This document shows, piece after piece, positions 31,431 to 41,700 of a DNA stretch of 64,000 nt. Made by a program: the position numbers and the translations under genes. A model generated the notes under the pieces. The model had not been told where the DNA came from. It did no database searches and worked only from the letters and a program-made list of their open reading frames with translations. The DNA comes from Bacteroidota bacterium (GTDB lineage Bacteria > Bacteroidota > Bacteroidia > Bacteroidales > GCA-2748055). The DNA lies in the NCBI GenBank assembly GCA_039714655.1, contig JBDLIX010000006.1, positions 4,448 through 68,447 on the forward strand, read 5' to 3'. The number at the start of each line of letters is the position of its first letter. Positions within the stretch are counted from its first letter, which is position 1.

Positions 31431-33773
31431 ATGTTGAAATTCAGATACTGCATATCCATCCTTATCATTACAGGATTTGTAATGATCTCCCCGGCCCAGA
31501 CCCCCAACTTCAGTGGCTATAAGGTAATGATCAATCCAGGCCATGGTGGCCATGATTCCGATGACCGGGGTCAGCCCAATGGTTTCTGGGAATCGGAAGG
31601 CAACCTTACCAAAGGTTTATGGCTGCGTGACCTGCTTGAAGCAAGGGGATGCGAGGTAATCATGTCGAGGGTTCTGAACCGGACCGAAGATGACCTGCCA
31701 CTCTCCCAGATCGCTGCCATTGCCAATGAGAACAATGTGGACCTCTTTCTCTCAATTCACAGCAATGCAGGAAATCAGTACTCCAACTACCCGATGACCA
31801 TCTTTAACGGGAAGAGTGAATCTCCTTCCAATCCTGAAGCTAAGGTCTGGGCTATCACGCTGTGGGAACAGTTAATTACCAACCAGGCCACCTACTGGAC
31901 CGACACCGCTCCACACTATATTGGGGATCTTACGCTGCGTCCTGACTGGAATTACGGTTACGGTGTGCTATACCCGCTCCAGGTACCGGGAATCATTTCG
32001 GAAGGCAGTTTTCATGACTACCAGCCTGAAGTGGATCGTCTGCTCAACCTGGATTACAGGAAGCAGGAGGCCTGGAACATGCTCTACGCCATGATCACAT
32101 ATTTTCAACTGGATGGAACCGAACCTCTTGGGAATATTTCAGGGATTATCCGTGACTCATTGCTGACAAAGGAGAATTATACCATTTTGGGTTCGCCTGA
32201 CAAATACCATAATGTAAACGGAGCCCTTGCAGAATTGCTTGAGACCGGAGAGTCATATCAGGTGGATGAGGTCAACACCGGATTCTATATGTTTGACAGT
32301 ATTCCACCCGGTAACTATCATCTGGTTTTTTCGGCCCCGGATTATTTCAACGATACTGTAGCGGTGGAGGTGGTCGCACACAAGTTCAGTTATATAAACC
32401 GGTGGATGGAAGCCGATAAAACCATGGCTCCCAAACTTATGGGACATACACCCATTGACAGTAGTTTGATCCCATGTTTTGATCCGGTGACCTTTACTTT
32501 TAATATGAATATGGATTCGGCTTCTGTGGCAGAAGCATTTACCATTGACCCTCCGGTTGATGGAACCTTCTCATGGGATAAATATTACCTGACCGCTACT
32601 TTCCAACCCAATTTACCCTATGATACCGGAACAGTGTATACTGTGATGCTGGATAGCATTGCTGAGCATCAGTGGGGTGTGAATATGGATACCATACACA
32701 GTTTCTCATTTATAACGGACCACCGCAACAGGTACCTGCTGGAAGCCTCTTTTCCGGATAGCGGACAGGAGTTGGTCAGTCCCTACCTGCAGTTCCGCCT
32801 TATTTTTGATGCACCACTGAAAAATTCATCACTGATCAATGCGGTCTCGATCATGGCAGAGGACGGAACCATCCTGACTACAAAAGGTGCTTCCATCCTC
32901 ACGTTGGAAGAAAAGGGACATTACTACTTCTCTCCTGAAATGGATCTTCAATTCAATACCGGATACACATTAACACTGGCCGGATCCATTAAGGACGAGG
33001 GCAACATCCCCATGGTGGATACCCAGCGGATCAGTTTCCGGACCATGACAGAGCCGGGGGTGATTACCATCCTGGAAGAATTTGATGATGTGGAAGAGTG
33101 GAGCCTCGATCTGGTCAACAGTCAGGGAATCGACAACTCCTCCTTCCTCTACCGGTGGACCAAAACATACCTTTCAGGCTACGCTTCCATGCTGCTCAGG
33201 TATCAGTTCCTTAACAATGATGCCTTCTGCATGATCAAACCAGTGGAGCCAATTGATCTGAACGAAAGATTGCAGGAGGCAGGCATGTGGATCTGGGGTG
33301 ACCTGAGTCACAACCAGATAATCCTTGGATTCAACAACGGTACGGAAGCTCTGCTTGGCGAGGTGAATTATGCCGGTTGGGGCTATAACCTGACCGAAGT
33401 TCCTGAAGGGGCCGATTCACTGGTATATATCAAGCTGATCAGAACGGATGGGGCTGTGGAAACCGGAGATCTATATTTTGATCTGTTTCATCAGCCGGGA
33501 AGCACCGTCTCTGTACCACCATTCAAAGAAGATGATATCACTCTCTATCCCAACCCTGTCAACGGTTCAACCATTCACATTGATGGCATACCGGAAGGAT
33601 CTTTCGGATACTCCATGTACAGTGTGACAGGTACTTTGATCCAGGAAGGAAAACTGATGCAGGGAGAAAATTCCATAGAATTGAGAAAAAATGCATTGAA
33701 TCAGCAGCTTATAATTCTGAATATCTCCACCGAAACAGGTACCTATTCAGAATTAATTATAAATGTGAATTAA
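31431..33773 (+). CDS. N-acetylmuramoyl-L-alanine amidase (Amidase_3) with Ig-like (Big_5-like) domains and T9SS CTD
   Basis: Zn/catalytic motifs INPGHGG, WESEGN, LFLSIHSNA and ISEGSFHD; CTD LYPNPV. Confidence 0.88.
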   Translation: MLKFRYCISILIITGFVMISPAQTPNFSGYKVMINPGHGGHDSDDRGQPNGFWESEGNLTKGLWLRDLLEARGCEVIMSRVLNRTEDDLPLSQIAAIANENNVDLFLSIHSNAGNQYSNYPMTIFNGKSESPSNPEAKVWAITLWEQLITNQATYWTDTAPHYIGDLTLRPDWNYGYGVLYPLQVPGIISEGSFHDYQPEVDRLLNLDYRKQEAWNMLYAMITYFQLDGTEPLGNISGIIRDSLLTKENYTILGSPDKYHNVNGALAELLETGESYQVDEVNTGFYMFDSIPPGNYHLVFSAPDYFNDTVAVEVVAHKFSYINRWMEADKTMAPKLMGHTPIDSSLIPCFDPVTFTFNMNMDSASVAEAFTIDPPVDGTFSWDKYYLTATFQPNLPYDTGTVYTVMLDSIAEHQWGVNMDTIHSFSFITDHRNRYLLEASFPDSGQELVSPYLQFRLIFDAPLKNSSLINAVSIMAEDGTILTTKGASILTLEEKGHYYFSPEMDLQFNTGYTLTLAGSIKDEGNIPMVDTQRISFRTMTEPGVITILEEFDDVEEWSLDLVNSQGIDNSSFLYRWTKTYLSGYASMLLRYQFLNNDAFCMIKPVEPIDLNERLQEAGMWIWGDLSHNQIILGFNNGTEALLGEVNYAGWGYNLTEVPEGADSLVYIKLIRTDGAVETGDLYFDLFHQPGSTVSVPPFKEDDITLYPNPVNGSTIHIDGIPEGSFGYSMYSVTGTLIQEGKLMQGENSIELRKNALNQQLIILNISTETGTYSELIINVN

Positions 33774-33832
33774 GTAAGAATGGTTATTGGTTAGGTAAAA
33801 AAAGTTTGGATGTTAGAAAGACCGCAAAAGCT

Positions 33833-36800
33833 ATGAACAGAATCTTTTTGATCTTTGCAGCGTTACTAGTTGCAATCAACCTGCATGGGCAGGTACGGAC
33901 AATCACTGGACAGGTGAAAGACCAGACCGGTGAAACATTGATCAGTGCCACAGTAGTTGTGCAGACCGAGAGCGGAGCTTCACAGACGGGAACAACTACT
34001 GATCTGGATGGGAATTTCACACTCAATATTCCCGAAGGGTCTAATTCACTATTTATCTCTTACATCGGCTACGAGAGTAAGGTGGTGGATATCACCGGAT
34101 TAACCGAAGTGGAAATCATCTTGAACCAATCCACCACTCAGCTGGAAGATGTGGTTGTAACCGCCCTGGGAATCAAGAAAGAGAAGAAAGCACTGGGGTA
34201 TGCTTTTTCAGATGTGAAGGGTGAAGAACTCACCACCAACAGGGACGTAAACTTTATCAACTCCATCAGCAACAAAGTGGCCGGAGTAAATATCTCTCAG
34301 ACAGCCGGGGGAGCAGGAACCTCCTCCAGGATCGTAATCCGGGGAATTAAGTCACTCTCCACGGAGAGTCAACCACTGATCGTTGTGGACGGTGTCCCCA
34401 TGGACAATGCATCGGACGGCGCTTCCTGGTTGGGTGGACTCGATTACGGGAATGCACTGATGGGAATTTCACCCGATGACATCGAAACCATGTCTGTTCT
34501 GAAGGGCCCCAATGCTGCCGCACTGTATGGTTCAAGGGCAGCCACCGGTGTAATCCTGATCACGACCCGGAAAGGAACCGAGCGGGACCGCCTCAGGGTG
34601 ACACTGAACACAAATTTTATGATTGACAGGGCCTACCTGGTGGCCGACTACCAGAATGAATATGGTGCAGGTTTTAGCGGAGCCATACAGTACCAGGCAC
34701 TTAGTGAGAGTCAGCAGGAAGAGCATGGGGTTGATTCGGCCTATTACTACTACTCTACAGGTAGCTGGGGACCCAAAATGGACGGGACTATGGAGGTGCT
34801 GAACTGGAATAACGAGTTCTATACCCTCACTCCCCAGCCAAACAATGTATCAGACTACTTTAATCAGGGATACACCCTTACCAATTCCGTTGCCGTTGAG
34901 AATGGCTCCGAGAAGTTCAACTGGAGATTTTCCGCAAGTGCACTGAATAACAGCGGCCTGAAGCCCAATAGCACCTACAACCGGAAGACGGTGAACTATA
35001 ACATGAACTCAAAGCTGAATGAGATGTTCAGCCTCAGCTTTAAGGCCAACTATATCCGCGAGGATGCCTTTAACCGGGTGGGCCAGGGAGATGCCCGGAC
35101 TGGTGCCAGAACCTTTATCTGGATGCCTCGCAGCATCAACACAAACACCCTTCGGGATGACCATATGAGTGATAATGGTTATGAACAGAACTGGTATTTT
35201 GCCAGTGACTGGCATACCAATCCCTATTGGGAGGCTTATGAAAACTATAACAACGACAACAAGGACCAATTTACCGGATACGGCAAAATTGATATGCAAA
35301 TCACTCCCTGGCTCAAGGGCTTTATCAGGAGTAGTATGGACACTTACACTTCGAAACGGTACCTGAGGATAGCCAACAATGCCCTCCGGGCAAACGGTGA
35401 AGGTGCATTTACTGAACGCTGGGTTAACTATCGGTCGTTGAATCATGACTTCCTGCTGACCGCAGAAAAAAACTTTGGAGATGACCTGAACCTGATGGTG
35501 CATGCCGGAGGAAATTACTACAACTACGCTGTGGATTATCAGTCCTCCTCCATTGTGGGTCTGGCAGTTCCCAACTTCTTCTCCCTGAACAACCCTAAGT
35601 ATCCGGCTGAGACATCGGTGGGAACATCAAAAAGAGAGAAAGTGATCCAGTCCTTCTATGGCTCAGCCCAGCTGAATTATAAATCATGGCTATACACGGA
35701 ATTAACCGCACGAAATGACTGGTCCACCACCCTGCCGCTTCATAATAACTCCTATTTCTACCCATCTGTGAACAGCAGTGTGGTATTTACCGAGTTGCTG
35801 GGAATGAACAAGAACACGTTAAGTTTTGGAAAGGTACGCTTCTCCTACGCTTTTGTAGGGAATGATACGGATCCCTACCGATTATCTTCCGCCTATATCA
35901 GTCAGCAATACGGTGATGTACCTGCGGTTTACCTCACAAACGAGCGGGGCAATCCGAATCTGAAACCTGAACGGACCGGTTCATGGGAAGTGGGAGCTGA
36001 CCTGCGGTTCTTTATGAGCAGAGTGACCATGGATGTGACCTATTATAATGAGACAACCTATGACCAGATTGTCTCTGCAGAGATCTCCAAAGCTTCTGGT
36101 TTTGCAAAGGTGGTCACCAATGGCGGGGAGATCTCCAACAAGGGTGTTGAGATACAGATGAACTTCAAACCGGTTAAGTCACCTGATCTGAACTGGGATA
36201 TATCAGTGAACTTTGCCAAGAATCAGAACATGGTGCTATCCCTGGCAGGTGGTTTGTCCCAGCTAACCATTACCAATGAAAGTCAAATCGATATAGTTGC
36301 TGTCCCCGGACAACCCTATGGTGAGATCCTTGGAACCCGGCTGGCACGATACTACAGGAGAGATGACCAGGGCAATGTGATCGATGATCCCAACAATGGC
36401 AAACCCCTGATCGGTGAAGACGGTTACTATATTGCGGAAGAGCGGGGGGTGATCGGGAATGTAACCCCGGACTGGACCGGAGGCATCACCAATGCACTGC
36501 GATATAAAGAGCTCTCCCTCTCCTTCTCCATTGGTGTACAGAAAGGGGGAGATCTCTTCTCCAAGACCAACAAGTATGGCCTGGACAACGGTCAGTTTGT
36601 AGAAACCCTTGAGGGCCGGGAGTCCTGGTATGCAGCCACCTCTGAAGAGCAATTATCAGGAAGTGTGGGATACGTAGCTGACGGGGTACTGGCCGATGGT
36701 TCAGAAAACACAAGAGGTATTGATCCTCAGATGTACTGGCACCAGCGCAAATGGGGCGGGATCGCAGAGCTGGATGTCTATGATGCCACCTATGTGAAAT

Positions 36801-37030
36801 TAAGAGATGTAACCCTCAACTACAATTTGCCATCGGCATGGTTCGGGGACGGTTTTATTCAGAGTGCCTCACTGGCACTTGTGGGCAGAAACCTCTGGCT
36901 CATATACAGTGGAGTGCCCAACATTGATCCGGAATCCTCCTTCACCTCCAATAACAACGGGATCGGACAGGAATATGCGGCCATGCCCACCACAAGATCC
37001 ATTGGATTTAATTTGAAACTTGTCTTTTAA
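33833..37030 (+). CDS. susC: SusC/RagA TonB-dependent outer membrane transporter
   Basis: VVVTALGIK, PLIVVDGVP, DIETMSVLKGPNAAALYGSRAATGVILITT, NPNLKPE and C-terminal Phe. Start moved to ATG 33833 (MNRIF). Confidence 0.95.
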   Translation: MNRIFLIFAALLVAINLHGQVRTITGQVKDQTGETLISATVVVQTESGASQTGTTTDLDGNFTLNIPEGSNSLFISYIGYESKVVDITGLTEVEIILNQSTTQLEDVVVTALGIKKEKKALGYAFSDVKGEELTTNRDVNFINSISNKVAGVNISQTAGGAGTSSRIVIRGIKSLSTESQPLIVVDGVPMDNASDGASWLGGLDYGNALMGISPDDIETMSVLKGPNAAALYGSRAATGVILITTRKGTERDRLRVTLNTNFMIDRAYLVADYQNEYGAGFSGAIQYQALSESQQEEHGVDSAYYYYSTGSWGPKMDGTMEVLNWNNEFYTLTPQPNNVSDYFNQGYTLTNSVAVENGSEKFNWRFSASALNNSGLKPNSTYNRKTVNYNMNSKLNEMFSLSFKANYIREDAFNRVGQGDARTGARTFIWMPRSINTNTLRDDHMSDNGYEQNWYFASDWHTNPYWEAYENYNNDNKDQFTGYGKIDMQITPWLKGFIRSSMDTYTSKRYLRIANNALRANGEGAFTERWVNYRSLNHDFLLTAEKNFGDDLNLMVHAGGNYYNYAVDYQSSSIVGLAVPNFFSLNNPKYPAETSVGTSKREKVIQSFYGSAQLNYKSWLYTELTARNDWSTTLPLHNNSYFYPSVNSSVVFTELLGMNKNTLSFGKVRFSYAFVGNDTDPYRLSSAYISQQYGDVPAVYLTNERGNPNLKPERTGSWEVGADLRFFMSRVTMDVTYYNETTYDQIVSAEISKASGFAKVVTNGGEISNKGVEIQMNFKPVKSPDLNWDISVNFAKNQNMVLSLAGGLSQLTITNESQIDIVAVPGQPYGEILGTRLARYYRRDDQGNVIDDPNNGKPLIGEDGYYIAEERGVIGNVTPDWTGGITNALRYKELSLSFSIGVQKGGDLFSKTNKYGLDNGQFVETLEGRESWYAATSEEQLSGSVGYVADGVLADGSENTRGIDPQMYWHQRKWGGIAELDVYDATYVKLRDVTLNYNLPSAWFGDGFIQSASLALVGRNLWLIYSGVPNIDPESSFTSNNNGIGQEYAAMPTTRSIGFNLKLVF

Positions 37031-37032
37031 AG

Positions 37033-38580
37033 ATGCAGATCATGATCAGAAAGAAATATTTATACGTTGTCCTGATGGCAGGGATCCTGTCATCGGCATG
37101 CACCAAGAATTTCGAGGAAATCAATTCCAATCCGAATAATCCAAATACATCGGATGAGGAGTATGTATTCAATTACGTATTAAAAGAGGGGGCCGGAGAG
37201 TACGGATTCCAGAATACATATAACATCACCTATGTACAGCGCTGGATCATGCAGACAGCAGCTGTTTGGGGCAACTCAACCATGCCTCCATACACACTTT
37301 TTGACCAGTACCGGATACAAAACCTCTGGTCATATTACTATTCAAACCTTTTACTCAACTGCACAGTCCTTGAGGATATGACTGCTGATGATCCGGAAGA
37401 TATGAACAAGCACCAGGTGGCACGCATCTGGAAAGCATACTGTTTCCACAGGGTCACCGATATCTGGGGCGATGTCCCCTATTCAGAAGCATGGAAACTC
37501 CTTGATGAATATTCACAGGAAAATATATCCCCGGCGTATGATACCCAGGAAGATATCTATGCCGATCTGCTGGCAATCCTGGAAAACGCAGCATCAACCA
37601 TCGATCCTTCTGAAACCTTTTATGCAAACGACATGCTCTTTGATGGCGACCTTGATCTCTGGATCAGGTTTGCCAATTCGCTTCGCCTCAGGCTGGCAGT
37701 CAGAAGTGGCAACCAGCAGGTGGTTGCCCAGCTCATTTTGGAAGAGAACCTGATGAGATCCAGTGATGAAAGTGCATTGTTCCATTACATCGAGGACCAG
37801 ATATGGTGGAATCCCTATTATGAATTGAATGTGGATTCTAAAAACCCCAGCAATCCGGAGTTAACCGGAACCTCCAGTCCGAAGATCAGTGAACTGATGA
37901 CACGGCAACTCGAAGAGACCGTTGATCCCAGGCTTGCCATCCTCGCCCAACCCATGGAGTTGGACAATATGACCTACCGGGGTGTTCCCAACTTAATGAA
38001 TTCTACCATAAAGGAGAATCAGGCCATGGGGATGGGTGTTTCCAGCACCTCCTACATTGGACTGCACTTTACCAATAATCCGATCCATATAAATCCTGTG
38101 CTGACCTATGCAGAGGTTTGCTTCCTCAGGGCAGAAGCAGCTTTCAGGGGATGGACCACAGAAAATGCACAACAGTGGTATGAGGAAGGGATCAAAAATG
38201 CCATCACATATTATGGGATCTCTGAAGAGGATGCAGACCTGTTCCTTTTGGGCAATGGAGCTTATGACAATACACTGGAGCAGATCATGGTACAGAAATG
38301 GATCGCACTCTTTCTGAATGGCTGGGAGGCATGGGCTGATTACAGGAGAACAGGTTTCCCCCAGCTGAAGAAATGGGACCTGGTTTTGGATGGGATCAAG
38401 ATTAAAAGTGCGGAATGGGTGGATATCCCGAGGGATTATCTTCCAGGCAGGTTGCCCTATCCCGATGATGAGCTGGATCTGAATAAGGACAATTATGAGG
38501 CTGCTGTTAACAACCAGGGAGGCGACTCCTATTATCAGCAGGTATGGTGGTCAAGGAAATTTGGGGAGATAGGGTATTAG
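37033..38580 (+). CDS. susD: SusD/RagB nutrient-binding lipoprotein
   Basis: Lipobox ILSSAC-TKNFEEINSNPN, TDIWGDVPYSEA, TYAEVCFLRAEAA, QKWIALF..GWEAWADYRRTGFP; directly follows susC. Confidence 0.93.
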   Translation: MQIMIRKKYLYVVLMAGILSSACTKNFEEINSNPNNPNTSDEEYVFNYVLKEGAGEYGFQNTYNITYVQRWIMQTAAVWGNSTMPPYTLFDQYRIQNLWSYYYSNLLLNCTVLEDMTADDPEDMNKHQVARIWKAYCFHRVTDIWGDVPYSEAWKLLDEYSQENISPAYDTQEDIYADLLAILENAASTIDPSETFYANDMLFDGDLDLWIRFANSLRLRLAVRSGNQQVVAQLILEENLMRSSDESALFHYIEDQIWWNPYYELNVDSKNPSNPELTGTSSPKISELMTRQLEETVDPRLAILAQPMELDNMTYRGVPNLMNSTIKENQAMGMGVSSTSYIGLHFTNNPIHINPVLTYAEVCFLRAEAAFRGWTTENAQQWYEEGIKNAITYYGISEEDADLFLLGNGAYDNTLEQIMVQKWIALFLNGWEAWADYRRTGFPQLKKWDLVLDGIKIKSAEWVDIPRDYLPGRLPYPDDELDLNKDNYEAAVNNQGGDSYYQQVWWSRKFGEIGY

Positions 38581-38619
38581 TCGAAAGTCGTCGTACAGTT
38601 GAAAGTGGGAAAGTTGAAA

Positions 38620-41600
38620 ATGGGAAAGTCTATTGTTATATCAATTATGTTGTCTGTCGTTGCATTGAGCGCTGCAGCAGCACAGGAGGAAAGCAAACAC
38701 GAACTGCGTTCCACCTGGATCGCTACGGTAGCCAATATTGACTGGCCCAAATATGAGCACAGGGAGAAACCTGACCAGCAGAAACAGGACCTTTTAGAGA
38801 TGCTGGATCTCTACCGCAGCATGAACCTTAATGCCATTTTTCTCCAGGTACGGCCTGAATGCGATGCGCTATACCAATCGGCTTACGAACCCTGGTCACG
38901 TTTTCTCACATGGAACCAGGGAACCGATCCGGGTTATGATCCCCTGCAGTTCGCTTTGGAGGAAGCTCACAAACGGGGTATTGAAATGCATGTATGGCTT
39001 AACCCTTACAGGATTAATGCATCCACCAGCGATGGAGAAGATTACTACCACTCCACACATATCTACAGCGAACATCCCGAATGGGCTATCGAATATGTAT
39101 CAGGAAAAAAGATCCTGAATCCGGGAAGGCCCGAAGTGATGAGCTATATCGGATCCATTGTGAGGGATATTGTCTTGAATTACCAGGTGGACGGTGTACA
39201 TTTTGACGACTACTTCTATGCTTATGAGGGCACACCATCGGTGCTGGATGCCAATGAATTTGAGACCTATGGCGGGGGTATGTCACGGGATGACTGGCGC
39301 AGGGATAACGTAAACCGTATGATAGATACTGTTTACAAAGTGATCCAGGAGGTGAATCCCTCCATCCGGTTTGGGGTAAGTCCCTTCGGTATTTACAGGG
39401 ATGGTGTCCCACCGGGAATCATCGGATTTGATGCTTACAATACCATTTATTGTGATCCCCTGGCATGGTTGAGAGCCGGAAGTGTGGATTATATCACACC
39501 TCAGATATACTGGCCCACAGGTGGAGCACAGGATTTTGAAACACTGGTTAACTGGTGGGCAGACTCCTGTTTCAGGTACGAAAGGCACCTTTTCCCAGGT
39601 CACGGCACCTATAAGCTTCCGGATAATCCCGGAGTTAAAAAGTCAGCCCCCTATGATGCCCTGCTTCATGAATCGAAGTACTATATGGAGCTGCATCTTT
39701 CTCAACATGAGATGCAAATACTTAAAGGAACCGGTGACCCTGCAGCTCCCTGGACATTGGGACAGATCGGTACACAGATCGACATTATTCGTTCCAACCG
39801 GGAGAAAAATGGGCTGGGAAGTCTGTTCTTCAGTGCCAAAGACTTCACCAGGGTGAGCGGACTGGCTGAATACCTGAGAGGAGATAAATATACCCATCCA
39901 GCCCTTATTCCCGAAATGGGCTGGAAACCGGATGACACTCCAGGAACCCCGCAGAATCTGAGGAGCGAGATCATAGGCGATGAATATCACATGGCCTGGG
40001 ACCATGCATTTTCAGGCAATGAAAGAGTTGCCATCTATGTTTCCGATGTGGAGAGTGATACCACTGTCATCATTCAGGAACCCTCAAATCTGCAGGAGAT
40101 CGTTTTCGGCAACACAGTACCACTTTCTGCCCTGGTCATCACACCGAACAGCACCATTACCGCAACGGTTGTTTCTGAAACAGGCAGGGAGGGGATTCCC
40201 TCTTCCCCACTCACACTTGATGAAACTGTCCCATTTGTGGAACTGATTACTCCGGCAGATGGAGATACAGTCGGTCAGGCTCATCTGTTCCAGTGGCAAT
40301 CTGATTTTACAGATCCCCAATACCAAATCCAGATCGCTACCAATGCAACCTTTAGCAACATCATTTATACATCTGGGTGGACTACCCACAACAGCATGTC
40401 CATTGATTCAGCCGGACTAAAAGGAGAGTCCAATTATTTCTGGAGGGTTCGGGGAAGTGATGGTGTTGCAGGTCCTTATTCAGGTGCCGGATCATTTGTT
40501 TCCGGATATCCCGAAGTGCCCGAATTCCTGTCACCCGAAAACCTTGATCAGAACGTTTCCACAAGACCCACATTCAGGTGGAGTGCCAGCGGAATAACAG
40601 AAAATGCAGTAGTCCAGATCTCGGAAAGCAGCACCTTTTTTCCTGTTGTAGCAGAAGCGTCATTCGATGCATCAGCCGGTCAGGGTACACTCTCCTTGCA
40701 ACTGGAGAAGGATACCTGGTATTACGCCAGGCTGCAGGGAAACAACAGCTATGGATCAAGCCCATATACCGGTTTTGTGACTTTCAAGACCTCCGCAGGT
40801 GATCTCCCGGATGTACAGATCATATCCCCTGAAGATCTGGACACAGTAGCTTCCTTTGACAAACTCCGCTGGGAAACCACCACCACAGAAGGAACTATTA
40901 CCTACCAGCTTGAGGTTGCCATGGATGAGGCATTTTCAGGAACCATATACCGTTCGGAATGGATCAGTGAGAATGAACTACTAATCTCAGAGATGAATCT
41001 GGAAGGGAAACGCAGCTATTTCTGGAGGGTGAAAGGAAAAAGTGAATTCGGAGAGGGCGAATTCAGCATTTCACCAAGTTTCTTTACCGGATATCCAACC
41101 AGACCATCGATCACACAACCACTGCACCTTTCGGAAGGAATTAATGCTAAACCTCTGATAGGTTGGAATGTGGATGATGACACCGACTCCGTCTTTGTGG
41201 AGTTCTCAGAAGAGAGTGATTTCAGCACCCTCACCCACTCCGAGACCTTTGCTGCTGTACCAGACACTGCCAGTATTTCAGCATCCCTCAGAGGGTTTAC
41301 CTGGTACTACTTACATATCCGGGCAGAAAACAAGTTTGGAAGAGGTGTCGCCAGTGCTAAAAAGTATTTCATGACCGGCGAAGGAACTGACATCCAGCTT
41401 ATTATGCTGAACCAACAACAATTACTTGTCTACCCAACACCTTTCACAAATGGAACACTCTATATCAGGTATACCCTGAGTGAACCTGAGCATCTTAATC
41501 TTAAGATATTTGACCAAATGGGTAGGCAAATATATCAGGAACTTGTATCTTCAAGCCCGGGAGAATTATCCGTTGATATAGGAATTAAGCGTGATCTGTT

Positions 41601-41676
41601 CCCAACACCTGGAGTCTACTTTATCCAATTAAGCAATAACAGAATTTGTGGAATAGAATCTATTATCGTACACTAA
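38620..41676 (+). CDS. GHL10 (DigH-like) glycoside hydrolase with FN3-like repeats and T9SS CTD
   Basis: ELRSTWIATVANIDWP, HVWLNPYR, VHFDDYFY and DYITPQIYW; repeated Y.WRV.G FN3-like units; CTD VYPTPF...PGVYFIQL. Start moved to ATG 38620. Confidence 0.88.
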   Translation: MGKSIVISIMLSVVALSAAAAQEESKHELRSTWIATVANIDWPKYEHREKPDQQKQDLLEMLDLYRSMNLNAIFLQVRPECDALYQSAYEPWSRFLTWNQGTDPGYDPLQFALEEAHKRGIEMHVWLNPYRINASTSDGEDYYHSTHIYSEHPEWAIEYVSGKKILNPGRPEVMSYIGSIVRDIVLNYQVDGVHFDDYFYAYEGTPSVLDANEFETYGGGMSRDDWRRDNVNRMIDTVYKVIQEVNPSIRFGVSPFGIYRDGVPPGIIGFDAYNTIYCDPLAWLRAGSVDYITPQIYWPTGGAQDFETLVNWWADSCFRYERHLFPGHGTYKLPDNPGVKKSAPYDALLHESKYYMELHLSQHEMQILKGTGDPAAPWTLGQIGTQIDIIRSNREKNGLGSLFFSAKDFTRVSGLAEYLRGDKYTHPALIPEMGWKPDDTPGTPQNLRSEIIGDEYHMAWDHAFSGNERVAIYVSDVESDTTVIIQEPSNLQEIVFGNTVPLSALVITPNSTITATVVSETGREGIPSSPLTLDETVPFVELITPADGDTVGQAHLFQWQSDFTDPQYQIQIATNATFSNIIYTSGWTTHNSMSIDSAGLKGESNYFWRVRGSDGVAGPYSGAGSFVSGYPEVPEFLSPENLDQNVSTRPTFRWSASGITENAVVQISESSTFFPVVAEASFDASAGQGTLSLQLEKDTWYYARLQGNNSYGSSPYTGFVTFKTSAGDLPDVQIISPEDLDTVASFDKLRWETTTTEGTITYQLEVAMDEAFSGTIYRSEWISENELLISEMNLEGKRSYFWRVKGKSEFGEGEFSISPSFFTGYPTRPSITQPLHLSEGINAKPLIGWNVDDDTDSVFVEFSEESDFSTLTHSETFAAVPDTASISASLRGFTWYYLHIRAENKFGRGVASAKKYFMTGEGTDIQLIMLNQQQLLVYPTPFTNGTLYIRYTLSEPEHLNLKIFDQMGRQIYQELVSSSPGELSVDIGIKRDLFPTPGVYFIQLSNNRICGIESIIVH

Positions 41677-41700
41677 ATCTAAAGAAAAAGCATTAGCACA

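Noticed and set aside
38598-38630. 15-bp tandem GTTGAAA(G/A)TGGGAAA, and similar GAAAAG runs at ~48047-48070
   Set aside because: Short low-complexity intergenic repeats with no supportable function.
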